Source: Tubulanus polymorphus (Eukaryota > Animalia > Nemertea). From it: a DNA stretch of 64,000 nucleotides. This document shows, one piece after another, positions 63,173 to 64,000 of the stretch (positions are counted from its first letter, which is position 1; each line of letters begins with the position of its first letter). The notes under the pieces were generated by a model. The model was not told where the DNA came from, made no database searches, and saw only the letters and a program-made list of their open reading frames with translations. Position numbers and translations under genes: made by a program. The DNA lies in NCBI RefSeq assembly GCF_964204645.1, contig NC_134035.1, positions 6,200,001 to 6,264,000 on the forward strand, in the 5' to 3' direction.

Positions 63173-64000
63173 CTAGAAATAGATACACATATTACGATAA
63201 ACATAGGCCTATACAGTATGATGACAGGACCATAGACTGTAGTCTAGTAGGTCTTTCTCGCTAAAATGAAATACTTTTATGGTACAAGTGAAGATCGGAT
63301 CCGCACTTCTAATGTTATCTATTGAATAACAAATCACTGTTCAAGACTCAGAATGTCTGTGTAAATCCAATGCAGTGATTTAAACTATTTCTATTATCTC
63401 CGCTAGAAAATAGATTTTGGTCCAGTTTTTATTTCAAGTTAGTTTGTCACGATCTTTCAATCGGATGCCATATTGGATTTGGTTATTCCAATGCAGACTT
63501 GTCATGAATCGTTACTGAAATGATGTGAGGATTATCAGCGCAATTACGTTATTACGACCATGAAACATGGTTTCAGCAATTATTTTTGAGTTGACAGTTC
63601 TCTGCTTAAGATTTACCAATTCAATATGGCCTCGAGTTAAAAAATCATGATGATCTCGAGATAAAAACCGGACCAAAAACCTAATTTCTAGTGAAATTAT
63701 CATAAATTAAATCACTGAATCTGACACAGTGATTGCAATATAATCGATTGGACCATTCACGAGAGGTGCGGATCTGCACTGTTACCTACTAATATTATCA
63801 TCTATTAGCTCAAGGTAACTTTTTGGGCTCAATTTTTCAGATTTCTGATTGGCTTAATATATACTAGACTGGTACCCACTAAACGGCCACCTGTCTGCCA
63901 AAGAAATGGGCGGTGCAATAGACGAAGAAAGGGTCAACAGCTAGACTTTGTGATTGTGCAAGCTTAACTCACTTCAGCAGGAGGCAATCGACGATGCTGA

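Noticed and set aside
63173-64000. Upstream FANCE exons and ORF 63512-63703
   Set aside because: No convincing phase-compatible coding exon could be identified by eye.

Overview
AT-rich, intron-rich eukaryotic DNA that looks like an invertebrate (lophotrochozoan-like) genome. From left to right: (1) the 5' end of a p24/TMED cargo receptor gene (-); (2) head-to-head with it, a complete OSBPL10/11-like lipid-transfer gene (+, 793-14624) with two phase-compatible first exons, the distal one joining a 35-nt microexon to encode a Rab-effector (SHD1/RabBD-like) helix ahead of the PH domain; (3) four apparently intact 11-exon SLC22/Orct-like transporter genes in tandem (-, 17.1-55.4 kb), with mosaic similarity to each other and five decayed exon-1 copies in both orientations between them; (4) the 3' part of FANCE (-, 60.1-63.2 kb). 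Mobile DNA is abundant: a near-full-length CR1/L2-group LINE, several LINE and Penelope relics, two minimal hammerhead ribozymes, an internally deleted Tigger/pogo element, and many MITEs, including a foldback family carrying arrays of E2F-like palindromes. All gene models were built by eye from splice signals and reading-frame phase, and family assignments come from recalled motifs, not database searches.
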